The notes: generated by a model not told the origin, from the letters alone. Numbered from the stretch's first letter, positions 33,164 to 43,043 are shown. The stretch is DNA of 64,000 bases from an uncultured Actinomyces sp. (GCA_937926195.1 CALEXZ010000030.1:1816-65815), one strand, 5' to 3'. Numbers and translations: made by a program.

Positions 33164-34576
33164 ATGAGGGTGACAGCGCAAGCCACCGGTCGTCGGGCGC
33201 CTGGCGCAGGGCTCGGCGGGGTGCTCAGCGGGGCGCGAGCGCGCTGGGGCGCGCTGTCGGCGCTCTACGCGCTCGTGGCCGCGGTGCTGACGGTCCGGTT
33301 CATGGCCCTCCACTCCGCCCTGTCGCCGATCGACGAGTTCACCTACGTGGACGCTGTCGACAAGGCGCGCCGGGGCGTCGTCGTCGTCAACGGCCTCAAG
33401 ACGGACCAGTACGCCCGCCAGCTCGCCGCCTGCCGAGGCGTGGGGACCGCCCCTGAGACGGTCATCTACCAGGGGACCTGCGGGCCGCACATCCCGGACG
33501 CGCAGACCTTCGTCAACGGCTTCACCCCGGGTGACGTGCACTCCCCGGTCTACTACTTCCTCACCTCGTGGCTGTCGTGGCCGCTGGAGAAGCTGTTCGG
33601 CGTCGAGCTCCTCACGGCCGGCAGGCTCACGAGCCTCGTGTGGCTGTGGGCCGGGATGATCGCCTGCGGCGTGCTCGTGCGCCGGCTGGGAGCGCGCTGG
33701 TCCCTCGTCGCGGCGCTGCCCTGCCTCGTGGTCGCCATGCCCGTCTTCCGGGGGACGAACGCCTACATCACGCCCGACGCCCTCAACCTCCTGGCCGGCT
33801 CCCTCATCGCCCTGGCGGCGTACCTGTACGCCCGCGGCGAGGCCGGGCCGCTTCCCCTGGTCGTCCTCGGCGCCGTCTTCGGCACCGTCAAGCTCCAGAA
33901 CGTCTTCGCCGTCGCCGCGGCGGCGCTGTTCCTCGTCATCTACCACGTCGTCGGGGCCTGGAGCGGGGCCAGGTCCGGGACTGAGCCCCGCACGCGAGGC
34001 GTGCCCGATCTGGCGGGGCGGTCCTGGCCCGCGGCCGTGGCGCGCCTCGGCGGTGTCCTTCTCGTGCCCCTGGTCTTCTCCGTCGCCTGGCTGGCCGCGC
34101 GCCCCTACCTGGGGCACAACGACCCGACGCGCCCGACCCTCGACCCGCCGCCCTCGGGCTCCGTCACGCAGTACCTGTACTCCCTGGACGACGCCCTCAT
34201 GGGCGTGTTCGCGGGGATCGACGGCGGCACCGGGGCAGCGGCCCCGTGGTCGGTGTTCCCCTCGTTCCTCCTGTGGGGCGTGCTCGCCGCCATCATCGCC
34301 ACGGCGATGTTCGACGTCCCCACGACGACGCTGGGCCGGTGCCAGGCGTGGGCGGTCCTCGTGTCCTTCGTGTGCATCGGCCCGGCGATGCAGATGATGT
34401 TCGCGGTGGTCTTCCACGCCGCCGTCATCGTGCTTCCCCGCTACGTCATGGTGCTCATTCCCATGATGCTCATCCCCACCGTGGAGCGCTGCCAGGGCGC
34501 CGCCGCGCGCAGGACCCTCGTGCTGCTCGCGGCGGCGAGCGTCGCCTACGGGGTCCTGTTCCCGCTCACCCGCTGA
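33164..34576 (+). CDS. Multi-pass membrane protein, putative GT-C fold glycosyltransferase
   Basis: First TM then SPIDE..Y.D acidic motif, HSPVYY, PDA, terminal PRY; about 10 TMs. Confidence 0.6.
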   Translation: MRVTAQATGRRAPGAGLGGVLSGARARWGALSALYALVAAVLTVRFMALHSALSPIDEFTYVDAVDKARRGVVVVNGLKTDQYARQLAACRGVGTAPETVIYQGTCGPHIPDAQTFVNGFTPGDVHSPVYYFLTSWLSWPLEKLFGVELLTAGRLTSLVWLWAGMIACGVLVRRLGARWSLVAALPCLVVAMPVFRGTNAYITPDALNLLAGSLIALAAYLYARGEAGPLPLVVLGAVFGTVKLQNVFAVAAAALFLVIYHVVGAWSGARSGTEPRTRGVPDLAGRSWPAAVARLGGVLLVPLVFSVAWLAARPYLGHNDPTRPTLDPPPSGSVTQYLYSLDDALMGVFAGIDGGTGAAAPWSVFPSFLLWGVLAAIIATAMFDVPTTTLGRCQAWAVLVSFVCIGPAMQMMFAVVFHAAVIVLPRYVMVLIPMMLIPTVERCQGAAARRTLVLLAAASVAYGVLFPLTR

Positions 34577-35819
34577 CCCGCTGGCGCCCCGCCAGGGCGA
34601 GGAAGGTCAGGAACAGCGCCGTCGCCGCGCTCATCGCGACGAGGTAGGCCCAGGAGGCCCCCAGCAGCCCCCAGCGGGGCACGAGGACGACGGCGCACAC
34701 CGACATGACCGCGGCGGCACCGACGTAGCCGACGAGGACGAGGTTCTGGCGACGCATCGTCGTCAGCGCGTAGTAGAGGATGACGGACACGGCGTTCATC
34801 GCGCCCCCGGCGACCAGGACCAGCAGCTCGACGAGCAGGTGGGAGACGTCCTTGCCGTAGACGAGCTGGAGGATCTGGGGTCCCGCGACGGCCGAGACCG
34901 CTGCGACGGCGACGAAGGCCAGGCCGCAGACCACCGCCCCCCGCTTGATGATCGCCCGGAAGCCGCTCCGGTCCCCACCGGCCCAGCACGTGGCCATCGT
35001 CGTGAGTACCGGCCTAAAGACCATGAGCGACAGCAGGTTGATGACCATCGCCGGCATGAAGATGATCGCGAAGTAGCCCTGCGCCGTCGCGTCGAGGAAG
35101 TGGTCGATGGCGAAGCGCGGGGCGTTGGCGAGGTACATCGAGATGAAGGCGGACAGGAAGAGCGGCAGGCAGGACACCAGCAGGCGGCGGATGCCCTGGG
35201 CCGTCCACCGCGGGCGCACGCTGAACAGGCCGCGCGCCGGCGGCAGGTAGAGCACCGCCGTCGCCAGGACCGAGCACGCCAGGGCCACCGCGGCCGAGAC
35301 CGCCAGGCCCCCGGTGAGGGCGAGCGCGGCACTGAAGACGACGGTCGTGCCCAGGGACCTGAGGAAGCAGGCCCGGGCACCCAGGTCGAGACGGCCGTTG
35401 CGCTGGAACTCGCAGACGAAGACGTCCTCGAAGGCGTCCAGCGCCCGCAGCGCGGCGACGAGGAAGACGGCCACCGCCACTGCGCCGGTGGAGCCGGTGA
35501 CCCAGGCGTAGCCGGCGATGCCCAGGAGCATGAGCGCCACCGTCACCACACGTGTCGACAGGTACGAGCCGAAGGGGACGTCCCGGGTGACGTCAGTCAC
35601 GTGGAAGGTGCGTACCTCGTACATCCCCAGCGTCTGGAACTGCTGGCCGACGGCGAAGGCGAGCGAGAAGGTGCCTCCCGCCTCCAGGCCGGCCAGGCGC
35701 GTGACGACGAGGAGCAGGATGACGGTCGACAGCGACACCATGAGGGAGGAGGCGGTGTTCCACAGGTAGTCACTGCCTGCCCGGTGCTCGCCGGAACGGT
35801 CGCGCGAATCAGACGTCAT
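34566..35819 (-). CDS. Wzx-like (MOP family) flippase
   Basis: About 12 TMs; WN.......TRL.G..AG.FSLA, PRFAID, WGLLGAS; start overlaps the licD stop. Confidence 0.8.
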   Translation of the reverse strand: MTSDSRDRSGEHRAGSDYLWNTASSLMVSLSTVILLLVVTRLAGLEAGGTFSLAFAVGQQFQTLGMYEVRTFHVTDVTRDVPFGSYLSTRVVTVALMLLGIAGYAWVTGSTGAVAVAVFLVAALRALDAFEDVFVCEFQRNGRLDLGARACFLRSLGTTVVFSAALALTGGLAVSAAVALACSVLATAVLYLPPARGLFSVRPRWTAQGIRRLLVSCLPLFLSAFISMYLANAPRFAIDHFLDATAQGYFAIIFMPAMVINLLSLMVFRPVLTTMATCWAGGDRSGFRAIIKRGAVVCGLAFVAVAAVSAVAGPQILQLVYGKDVSHLLVELLVLVAGGAMNAVSVILYYALTTMRRQNLVLVGYVGAAAVMSVCAVVLVPRWGLLGASWAYLVAMSAATALFLTFLALAGRQRVSG

Positions 35820-36672
35820 AGGGCCCGAAGTCGATCTCAAGGGGCTTGTGGTTGCGGCGCTCGTCCTTGGGCGGCAGCTGCATGTAGTCACCGTAGGTGC
35901 GCCGCATCATGGCGTCGTAGCCGGGGGCCATCTGCACCACCGCGTCCTCGAAACGGGTGTCGACGGGCGGCTGGATCTCCGCCAGGGAGACGATCCAGCG
36001 CTGGGGGTCGCGCATCGAGAAGTCGGTGTACCGGCCGGTCGGTGTGCCCTCGTGCCTGCGGGCCGCGGCGTCGAAGCGCGCCTGCAGGCGCCGGGGCGTC
36101 ACCCGCAGGAGCCTGAGGGTCCAGTACGCCGCACCCGTCGCGGTGTGGATGAGCAGGCGCTTGAGCCCGTGCGTGTTGATGAGCATCGGCGTGGGGGTGC
36201 CGGTGAGGTAGAGCAGCCGGCCCCACAGCCAGGTGGCGCGGCTCTGTGCACGGAAGGCCCGCTCGTCGTCGGGCACCGTGTCCAGAGGCAGGACGTCGAG
36301 GCAGATCGGCATCCGGTAGGCCGCGCTCTTGGCGAACTCCGGCACGAAGAGGGTCCCGGCCAGCCCGAGCTTGGTGAACATGTACGGGTACTCGGGGCGC
36401 GTGCGCGTGTTGTCGAAGCGGTACTCCTCACCCATGAGCGCGGGGGCCTCGCGCAGGAAGCGCTCGTAGTCCTCGCGCGTCATGAGCACGTCGACGTCGT
36501 CGTCCCACGGGATGAAGCCCGTGTGGCGCACCGCCCCGATCATCGTGCCCCCGTACACCGAGTAGGAGATCCCCAGGGTGCGGCAGGTGCTGTCGAGGTC
36601 CTTGAGCATCTTGAGCAGGAGCACGTGAACGCGGGCGAGGAGCTCGGGGTCGTCGACGGCGTCTGCGGGCAT
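35809..36672 (-). CDS. licD: LicD-family phosphorylcholine transferase
   Basis: GGTMIGAVRHTGFIPWDDDVDV.M.R.DY, LDVLPLD, YGDYMQLPP...R..H. Confidence 0.92.
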   Translation of the reverse strand: MPADAVDDPELLARVHVLLLKMLKDLDSTCRTLGISYSVYGGTMIGAVRHTGFIPWDDDVDVLMTREDYERFLREAPALMGEEYRFDNTRTRPEYPYMFTKLGLAGTLFVPEFAKSAAYRMPICLDVLPLDTVPDDERAFRAQSRATWLWGRLLYLTGTPTPMLINTHGLKRLLIHTATGAAYWTLRLLRVTPRRLQARFDAAARRHEGTPTGRYTDFSMRDPQRWIVSLAEIQPPVDTRFEDAVVQMAPGYDAMMRRTYGDYMQLPPKDERRNHKPLEIDFGPYDV

Positions 36673-36724
36673 CTGGGTGTCCTTCTGTCAGGAGTGGTGT
36701 GCGAAGAAATATAGCCGTGACGGG

Positions 36725-36761
36725 GGCCGGGGGCTGCACCGGGCCGGTGCAGCCCCCGGCC
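36725..36761. terminator. Perfect 18-bp inverted repeat between the licB-like gene and licD
   Basis: GGCCGGGGGCTGCACCGG-G-CCGGTGCAGCCCCCGGCC, just past the licB-like stop. Confidence 0.7.
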
Positions 36762-36763
36762 GG

Positions 36764-37702
36764 TCAGCCGACCGTCCGGCGACGCAGCAGCCGCAGGTCG
36801 CTCCAGTCGGCGGTCGCGGCGAGCACGGTTCCGACGAGGATGATGACGCAGCACAGGACCTGCAGAGGCGTGGGCACGGTCTGCTGGATGAGGAGCGCGA
36901 AGAGCACGGCCCAGGCCGAGTAGGAGATGTTGAGGGCCATGCCGCGCGAGGCGCCGATGGCGTTGATCGCCTTGTAGTAGAAGAGGTAGGAGGCGGTGCC
37001 CGCCAGGGCCGCGAGGGCCACGACGGCGCTGGCCGGGGTCAGGGCCGCGCGCCCGGTGAAGCCCAGGACGCCGCCGAGCGGCGCGACGAGCACCAGGTAG
37101 GCCAGCGCGGAGGTCGTCTCACGGATGTGCAGCGCGGTCTCGTTGTCGACGGCCTCGTCGCGCATGCCCCAGGCGAGGATGACGGCCTCGGAGCCCCAGC
37201 CGACGACGCAGGCGAGGGCGGCGACGACGCCGAGGACCGCCGACCCGCCGGTGACGGTGCCGGTGGAGTCCCAGCCGATGGCGATGATCGCCGCGAGCGC
37301 CACGAGCAGGGCCACAACCTGTCGCGCCCGCATGCGCTCGCCCAGCAGGACGACGGCGAGCAGGGTGCCCACGGCCGGGTAGAAGGTGGAGACGATGGCC
37401 GTGTAGCCGGGGCCGATATTGTTGATGGCGATGAGGTAGCCGGTCATGCCGATGGGGCCTCCCAGCAGGGCGGCGACGACGACGGCCCGCCCCGAGCGGG
37501 TGCGCAGCGCCGCCAGTGTGTCGCCCAGGCGCCCGCGCAGCCCCATGAAGAGCAGCAGCAGCAGGGCGCAGGACAGGTCGTGCAGCAGGGCGCCCGACAG
37601 CGCGGCCTCACTGGCCCCGAGGAAGGGCGCCAGCAGCAGGGCGACGCCGAGGATGACGGTGTCCAGGCCCCACAGGGCCCCCGAGAGCATTCCGAAGCGC
37701 AT
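36764..37702 (-). CDS. licB: DMT/EamA-family transporter, LicB-like choline permease
   Basis: About 10 TMs; GGPIGMTGY, IG......S..YPA.G, GWGSE, SYLFYY.AI..IG....MALNI.Y; 3 nt downstream of the LicC-LicA fusion. Confidence 0.75.
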   Translation of the reverse strand: MRFGMLSGALWGLDTVILGVALLLAPFLGASEAALSGALLHDLSCALLLLLFMGLRGRLGDTLAALRTRSGRAVVVAALLGGPIGMTGYLIAINNIGPGYTAIVSTFYPAVGTLLAVVLLGERMRARQVVALLVALAAIIAIGWDSTGTVTGGSAVLGVVAALACVVGWGSEAVILAWGMRDEAVDNETALHIRETTSALAYLVLVAPLGGVLGFTGRAALTPASAVVALAALAGTASYLFYYKAINAIGASRGMALNISYSAWAVLFALLIQQTVPTPLQVLCCVIILVGTVLAATADWSDLRLLRRRTVG

Positions 37703-37705
37703 GGT

Positions 37706-39490
37706 TCAGGCCTCCATCTCGTACTGGTGCAGGAGCGCGTCGACCGTGTCGGCGGCGTGGCGGTAGTAGATGAGCAGCCACTCACCGACGTCGTCGCCCT
37801 CAGCCTCCTTGAGCAGCGCCCACAGGTACCAGCACCAGCCGGCGAAGACGACGTAGGCCTGGAAGTGGCGCCGCTCGGTGTCGGTGGGCGGGCGCTTGAA
37901 GTAGTAGGTGAGGGCGGTCTCAGCGAGCTGTTCGTCCATCTCCTCGGTGCACACGACCATCGTGCCGAAGTCCGCGGCGACGTCGGACATGCCCGAGTAC
38001 TCCCAGTCGATGAGGTCGATGTGTCCGTCCTCGGCGACGAGGAAGTTCGGGGGGAAGAAGTCGTTGTGGCTGGGGACCTGGGGGAAGCCGTCCGCGTCGG
38101 CGTAGGCCTTGAGGCGCAGGACCTTGTCCCGCAGCTCGTGGTAGCCGGGAACCTGGATGGGCCCGCGGGCGGCGAGCAGGCCCTCGTAGCGCAGGCCCTC
38201 GGTGACGAAGTCGAAGGAGCGGCTCATGTGCGCGCCGGCGTTGTGCAGGTGGCGGCTCAGTCGCATCGCCTCGCGCAGCTCGTCGGGGTTGGTGACGTCG
38301 AGGTTGCGTGAGCCCGGGACGAAGCGGGAGATCTTCCACCCCTTGTCGACGTCGCCGGCGACGAAGGTCTGGTCGACGCCGGCGTCACGGGCCAGGGTCA
38401 GCGCCTCGAGCTCGGCGCGGCGGTCCACGATGAGCTCCGTGCCGGCACCGGGGTGGCGGTAGACGTACTCGTCGTCGCCGACGCTGAAGTGGCACGACAG
38501 GTTCGTGATCCCCTGCTTGAGCGGGTAGAAGTCGGTGATCTGGCTGGGCTCGCAGCCCAGGGTCGTGGCGATGTGCGTGAAGACCTCGGAGTCGAGGTTC
38601 TCCATGAAGCCGGGGTCGAAGGCGCGCAGCTCGTCGAGGGAGTCGAACTCGTTGATGACGCCGTCGGGGTACTGGCGCACGACCATGTCGAGCTCCTTGG
38701 CGTGGGAGAGGAAGATCGACTCCCACAGCAGCGGCGCGGTCTCGGGGCGGTCGTAGACCTTCTCGAGGATCTCGCGGAAGCGCGAGGAGAAGGCGCGGTC
38801 GAAGTAGACGTGCCCGAGCATGGTCCACGCGTCCGCCCCGCCGACGGTGGCGCCGGTGATGCGCCCGCCGGGGCCGGTCTGGATGCACCACTCCTCGGTG
38901 GGGCCGGCGGCGTACTGGGCGGAGTAGTAGGCGCGGTACACGTAGGGCTCGAAGGGGTTGGTCGTGAAGTAGTCGTCCGAGGAGCACACGTAGGTGTTGG
39001 CCAGGCGGTCGCGCACCCGCCACACGGAGCCGTTGTTGTTGCGGCTGGCGTACTCACGGTTGACGACGACGTCGACCCCGTAGCGGTCGATGAGGTAGAG
39101 GAAGTACTCCTTCTTGTAGCCGACGACCACCGTGATGTCCGTGATCCCGGCCTCGCGCAGCTGCTCGATCTGGCGCTCGATGAGGACCTCTCCGCATACG
39201 CGCAGCGTCCCCTTGGGGCGCTCGTAGGAGATCGGGACGAAGCGGCTCGACAGTCCGGCGGCGAGGATGACGGCGTTGTCGACCCTGTAGGGCGCGAGCG
39301 CCTCGCGGCCCGCGTCGGTCAGGGCACGGTCCTTGACGAGGCCGAGGGCCTCGAGCTCACGGACGTTCGTGTTGACGGTTCCCAGGGACAGGCAGGTGCG
39401 TGCCTGCAGGGCCCGCTGGGTCAGTGGCGTCCCCTCGGCGCGCAGCGCGTCAAGGATGAGGAACTGGGGCTCGGTCAGTGTGGGGGACAT
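37706..39490 (-). CDS. Fusion: winged HTH + LicC-like cytidylyltransferase + LicA-like choline/ethanolamine kinase
   Basis: LTQRAL....LSLGTVN..V.EL...GLV; AVILAAGLSSRF.P.....PKG; NNNGS; GITN, HND....NFL, IDWEYSGM. Confidence 0.88.
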   Translation of the reverse strand: MSPTLTEPQFLILDALRAEGTPLTQRALQARTCLSLGTVNTNVRELEALGLVKDRALTDAGREALAPYRVDNAVILAAGLSSRFVPISYERPKGTLRVCGEVLIERQIEQLREAGITDITVVVGYKKEYFLYLIDRYGVDVVVNREYASRNNNGSVWRVRDRLANTYVCSSDDYFTTNPFEPYVYRAYYSAQYAAGPTEEWCIQTGPGGRITGATVGGADAWTMLGHVYFDRAFSSRFREILEKVYDRPETAPLLWESIFLSHAKELDMVVRQYPDGVINEFDSLDELRAFDPGFMENLDSEVFTHIATTLGCEPSQITDFYPLKQGITNLSCHFSVGDDEYVYRHPGAGTELIVDRRAELEALTLARDAGVDQTFVAGDVDKGWKISRFVPGSRNLDVTNPDELREAMRLSRHLHNAGAHMSRSFDFVTEGLRYEGLLAARGPIQVPGYHELRDKVLRLKAYADADGFPQVPSHNDFFPPNFLVAEDGHIDLIDWEYSGMSDVAADFGTMVVCTEEMDEQLAETALTYYFKRPPTDTERRHFQAYVVFAGWCWYLWALLKEAEGDDVGEWLLIYYRHAADTVDALLHQYEMEA

Positions 39491-39558
39491 GAGAGTTCAG
39501 ACGTCCTTGGTCGACGGCGTTTGTTCAAACGTACCTCAGGTGATGAACGTGATGAACG
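39491..39558 (-). promoter_or_regulatory. Putative lic operon promoter/operator
   Basis: Palindrome CGTTTG-TT-CAAACG (39518-39531); direct repeat GTGATGAAC x2 (39540-39557); minus-strand TTCATC-N17-TACGTT. Confidence 0.45.
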
Positions 39559-39691
39559 CTGGTGGTGCATGAGGTGTGTCACCGGCGCGCCCGCCAACCC
39601 CTCGGCAGCGGCGCAGGAAGCGGCGGGTATAGTCGCTGGCGCTCATGGTGATGACAGATCCTGTGGGTCCCTACGTCCCGAAGGATGGCGC

Positions 39692-41419
39692 ATGCGTTCC
39701 CCCATGCTTGTTGACTCGGCGAAGGCGACGACGGCTGTGCTCGCCGCCATCGTCGCCGCACCGCTGCTCGGGGTCGTCCTGCCAGGCACGTTCGCCTACG
39801 TGTTCTGGCTCTCCGTCCTCGCGACACTGGCCGGTGTCGCCTGGGTGCTCCTGCGCGCCCGTGAGCGCGGGCAGTGGCCCCGGTGGACGGCCGTGGCGCT
39901 CGTCCTGGTCCCGGTGCTCATCGGCACGGCCGACGTCGTGCGCACGGTCGTCCTCTACCGCGGCGTGGTCCTGCCCTTCATGCGCAACGACATGGTGATG
40001 AACACCATCGAGGCCATGACGATCCACAACAACGGGTCGCTGGGCAGCGGGGCCGAGGTCAAGCCGGTCTTCCTCACGGCCGCGATCGCCTCCGTGTTCT
40101 ACGGGCCGGGCACCGGCTACCCGGACCTGCGCACCATGATCGTGGGCAACATCGCGGCGGCGACGGCGACCTGTGCGCTCATCAGCGTGCTCCTCGGCTC
40201 CTTCGCCCACGTCATGCTCCAGGGGACGGCACGCCCCCTGAGGGTCGTCGGCGTGCTCGCGGTCGGCTGGGTCCCCTACACCGGTCTCGTCATGGGGCAG
40301 GTCGTCCAGTTCGGGTACATGAACATCCCGGTCATCGTGCTCATCATGGTCGTCGCCTGGATCCTGTACCGCTACCTCAGCCCGTGGCAGGCCATGGTGT
40401 GGCTCCCCCTCGTCGTCGTCGTCAGCCTCGCGGCGTGGTCCCCTGCCGCGCTGCTGCCGGGGCTGCTGCTGCTCGCGCGGGCGATCCGGGCGGGCATCGG
40501 CCTGTGGGGCCCCGGTGAGAAGGTCGTGCCCACCCGCGCCGAGGTCATCGCCACCGCAGCCACCTGGCTGCTGGCAGCCGCCTACACGCTGGGGATCGCC
40601 CTGCCCGCGCTCCGTCGCGACGGCGGCTACCTGGCAGCCGGACCGGGCGCCTTCATCCCCGTCGTGACCGACAGCCTCATCTTCTCCGCCACCGCGCTGC
40701 TCCTGCTCGTCGGCCTGTACGGGGCGCTGGCGCGCTTCGGCGCCGACATCGCGCCCGTGGGGGGACTTGCGCTGCTGGCGGTCGGGGCGTGGGCCGGCGT
40801 CGTCTACCTCCTGCTGCTGCGGGCCCCCGGGGACTACCGCTGGGGCTACTACCCGATGAAGCTCATGGTCATCTCCATCGCGGTCATCGGCGTCCTGCTC
40901 ACCATCGAGGCGATGGGGGCGGCGGTCGCCTACGGGCCGCGGGCCGCGCTCCTGCGGGGGGCGTCCTACGCGCTCGCCGTGGCCGCCCTGGCGGCCTCCG
41001 TGGTCACGCCGGGCCTCCACGCGGGATGGCGCCACTACCTCGTCCCGCTCCACGAACCCGACGAGTGGATCCCCGCCGCCTCGCAGACCGACCACGAGGC
41101 CTACGCGGACCTCGTGCGGGTCTTCGACGAGCACAAGGGAGGCGCCGTCGTCTTCATCCGCGACAGTGAGCGCGTGAGTGTCGACGCCGACCGCAACCGC
41201 TTCCTCATCCAGTTCTCGGCCCCCACGGACTACGACGTGCGCATCAACGCCTACGCCGACTGGGACGAGGAGTACTACGACACGATCCTGTGCCCCCTGC
41301 TCGACGCGTGGGACAAGGACGCGGTGGTCGTCACCTCGGAGCGCAACCGTGAGTCCGTCGAGCACGAGGTCCAGCAGTGCCGTCCGAGGCACGACGTCAC
41401 CGTCACCGTGCTTGACTGA
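39692..41419 (+). CDS. Multi-pass membrane protein with soluble C-terminal domain (possible GT-C)
   Basis: More than 10 TMs; RND in early loop; GYYPMK motif; AAGGA upstream of ATG. Confidence 0.55.
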   Translation: MRSPMLVDSAKATTAVLAAIVAAPLLGVVLPGTFAYVFWLSVLATLAGVAWVLLRARERGQWPRWTAVALVLVPVLIGTADVVRTVVLYRGVVLPFMRNDMVMNTIEAMTIHNNGSLGSGAEVKPVFLTAAIASVFYGPGTGYPDLRTMIVGNIAAATATCALISVLLGSFAHVMLQGTARPLRVVGVLAVGWVPYTGLVMGQVVQFGYMNIPVIVLIMVVAWILYRYLSPWQAMVWLPLVVVVSLAAWSPAALLPGLLLLARAIRAGIGLWGPGEKVVPTRAEVIATAATWLLAAAYTLGIALPALRRDGGYLAAGPGAFIPVVTDSLIFSATALLLLVGLYGALARFGADIAPVGGLALLAVGAWAGVVYLLLLRAPGDYRWGYYPMKLMVISIAVIGVLLTIEAMGAAVAYGPRAALLRGASYALAVAALAASVVTPGLHAGWRHYLVPLHEPDEWIPAASQTDHEAYADLVRVFDEHKGGAVVFIRDSERVSVDADRNRFLIQFSAPTDYDVRINAYADWDEEYYDTILCPLLDAWDKDAVVVTSERNRESVEHEVQQCRPRHDVTVTVLD

Positions 41420-41495
41420 GGAGCGCGAGACCGGCGGGTCTCGGGGCGGCCGTGTGCAGCCGTGAGCGCAGGCACGCTGTGAGAAAGGGGAGTCG

Positions 41496-43043
41496 ATGGG
41501 TATCGCGGGTCGGATCAGCCCCCGCGCCAGGGTGAGCGCGCCTGACCTTCGTCGGGCGCGACGCGTCGTCGTCCCCGCCGTGGCCGTCCTCCTGGCGGTG
41601 CTCGTGGGCGTCGGCTGGGCACTGTCCTCCCCGTTGTCCTCCTCCCCGGACGACGACTACCACCTGGGCAGCATCTGGTGCCCGCGGCCCGCTCAGGGCT
41701 CCTGCGAGACCTCGCAGGTCAACGGCATGCCGGTTGTCCGGGTCCCCAGGGCCGTGTCCGACACCTCCATGCACTGCTTCGTCTTCTCCGAGAACTCCGC
41801 GGGATGCGTCGTCGGCTACGACGACGACGAGCTTGTGTGGTCCACCCGCTTCGACGACGGTGACTACCCGGTCGGCTACTACCGCGTCCACCACCTGCTC
41901 GTCGGCCACGACGTCGAGCTGTCCGCCGTCCTCATGAGGGTCCTCAACGTCCTGCTGTGCGTCGCGCTCGTCGCGGTCCTCGTCCTGCTGGCCCCCCGCG
42001 AGGAGGGGCCGGCGGTGTGGCTCGTGCCGATGCTGTCGTGGACACCCATGGGGCTGTACTTCATCGCCTCGAACAACCCGACGTCGTGGGCGGTGACGGG
42101 CCTGTTCGTCTACTGCGCCGGGGTGTACCTGGCCACGCGGGTGCAGGGCCGACGGCGTGTCGGGCTGCTCGGGGCAGCGGTCGCCGGGGCGCTCATGTGC
42201 CTGGGATCGCGCTATGACGCGGCTTTCTACCTGTGCATCGTCGGCGTCGCGCTCCTGCTCGCGGTGCGCTGGAGGCGTGCGCTGTGGCCCGAGCTCGGCG
42301 TCGTCGTCGCCTGCGGGCTCCTGGGGCTGGTCGAGATGCTCTCCTCCGGGCGCACGGACGCCATGCCCGGGGAGGCCCCCGGTGGTGTCGGAGCGGGCTT
42401 CGTCTACCGCTTCCTCGTGGGCCTGGAGACGGTGCCCAAGTACCTCGGGGGCTTGTGGGGCCTGCACTGGGTCCCGGGATGGGGCGACGTCCCGTTCCAC
42501 GAACGCAGCCCCTTCGTGCTGGCCATGCTCGCGGCCGCCGGCGTCGTCTTCCTGGCGCTGAGGTCGGGGACCTGGCGGACGTGGCTGTCGGCACTGGTGC
42601 TCATCGGCTCGGCGGCCCTGCTCCCGGCGGTCTTCCACGCCGCAGGCGTGTTCGTGCCGCTGGAGGCCTACCAGGCGCGTTACGTCCTGCCCCTGCTCGC
42701 CCCCGGGCTGCTCCTGCTGCTGGTTGTCGACAAGGACGAGCCGGTCAGGCTCAGCCGGCCCCAGGCGGTGTGGGCGGGGGTCTGTCTCGTGGTCTGCCAG
42801 GTCATCGCCCAGCACACCGTCATGCTGCGCTACGTCCTGGGTGTCGGGGAGCACTGGCCGCTGGACCTCGACGACTCCGTCCAGTGGTGGTGGGACGTCC
42901 CCTTCACCCCGATGACGCTCCTGGCCGTGTCCTCGTGCGCCTTCCTCGCCCTGGTGGCGGTCGTCCTGGCCTTCGCGACCACCGGGGGCGCTCGGCCTGC
43001 GTCCTCGGAGGAGCCCGACGTCGTGCATGAGGACGGCACGTGA
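41496..43043 (+). CDS. DUF2142-like membrane protein (putative GT-C fold glycosyltransferase)
   Basis: SSP.SSSPDDDYH, YP..YY, ASNNPTSW, QARY.LP. Confidence 0.72.
   Translation: MGIAGRISPRARVSAPDLRRARRVVVPAVAVLLAVLVGVGWALSSPLSSSPDDDYHLGSIWCPRPAQGSCETSQVNGMPVVRVPRAVSDTSMHCFVFSENSAGCVVGYDDDELVWSTRFDDGDYPVGYYRVHHLLVGHDVELSAVLMRVLNVLLCVALVAVLVLLAPREEGPAVWLVPMLSWTPMGLYFIASNNPTSWAVTGLFVYCAGVYLATRVQGRRRVGLLGAAVAGALMCLGSRYDAAFYLCIVGVALLLAVRWRRALWPELGVVVACGLLGLVEMLSSGRTDAMPGEAPGGVGAGFVYRFLVGLETVPKYLGGLWGLHWVPGWGDVPFHERSPFVLAMLAAAGVVFLALRSGTWRTWLSALVLIGSAALLPAVFHAAGVFVPLEAYQARYVLPLLAPGLLLLLVVDKDEPVRLSRPQAVWAGVCLVVCQVIAQHTVMLRYVLGVGEHWPLDLDDSVQWWWDVPFTPMTLLAVSSCAFLALVAVVLAFATTGGARPASSEEPDVVHEDGT

Noticed and set aside
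38453..39691. Apparent 988-aa ORF starting at 38453
   Set aside because: Its first 413 codons are mostly antisense to the LicC-LicA fusion; the membrane protein plausibly starts at 39692
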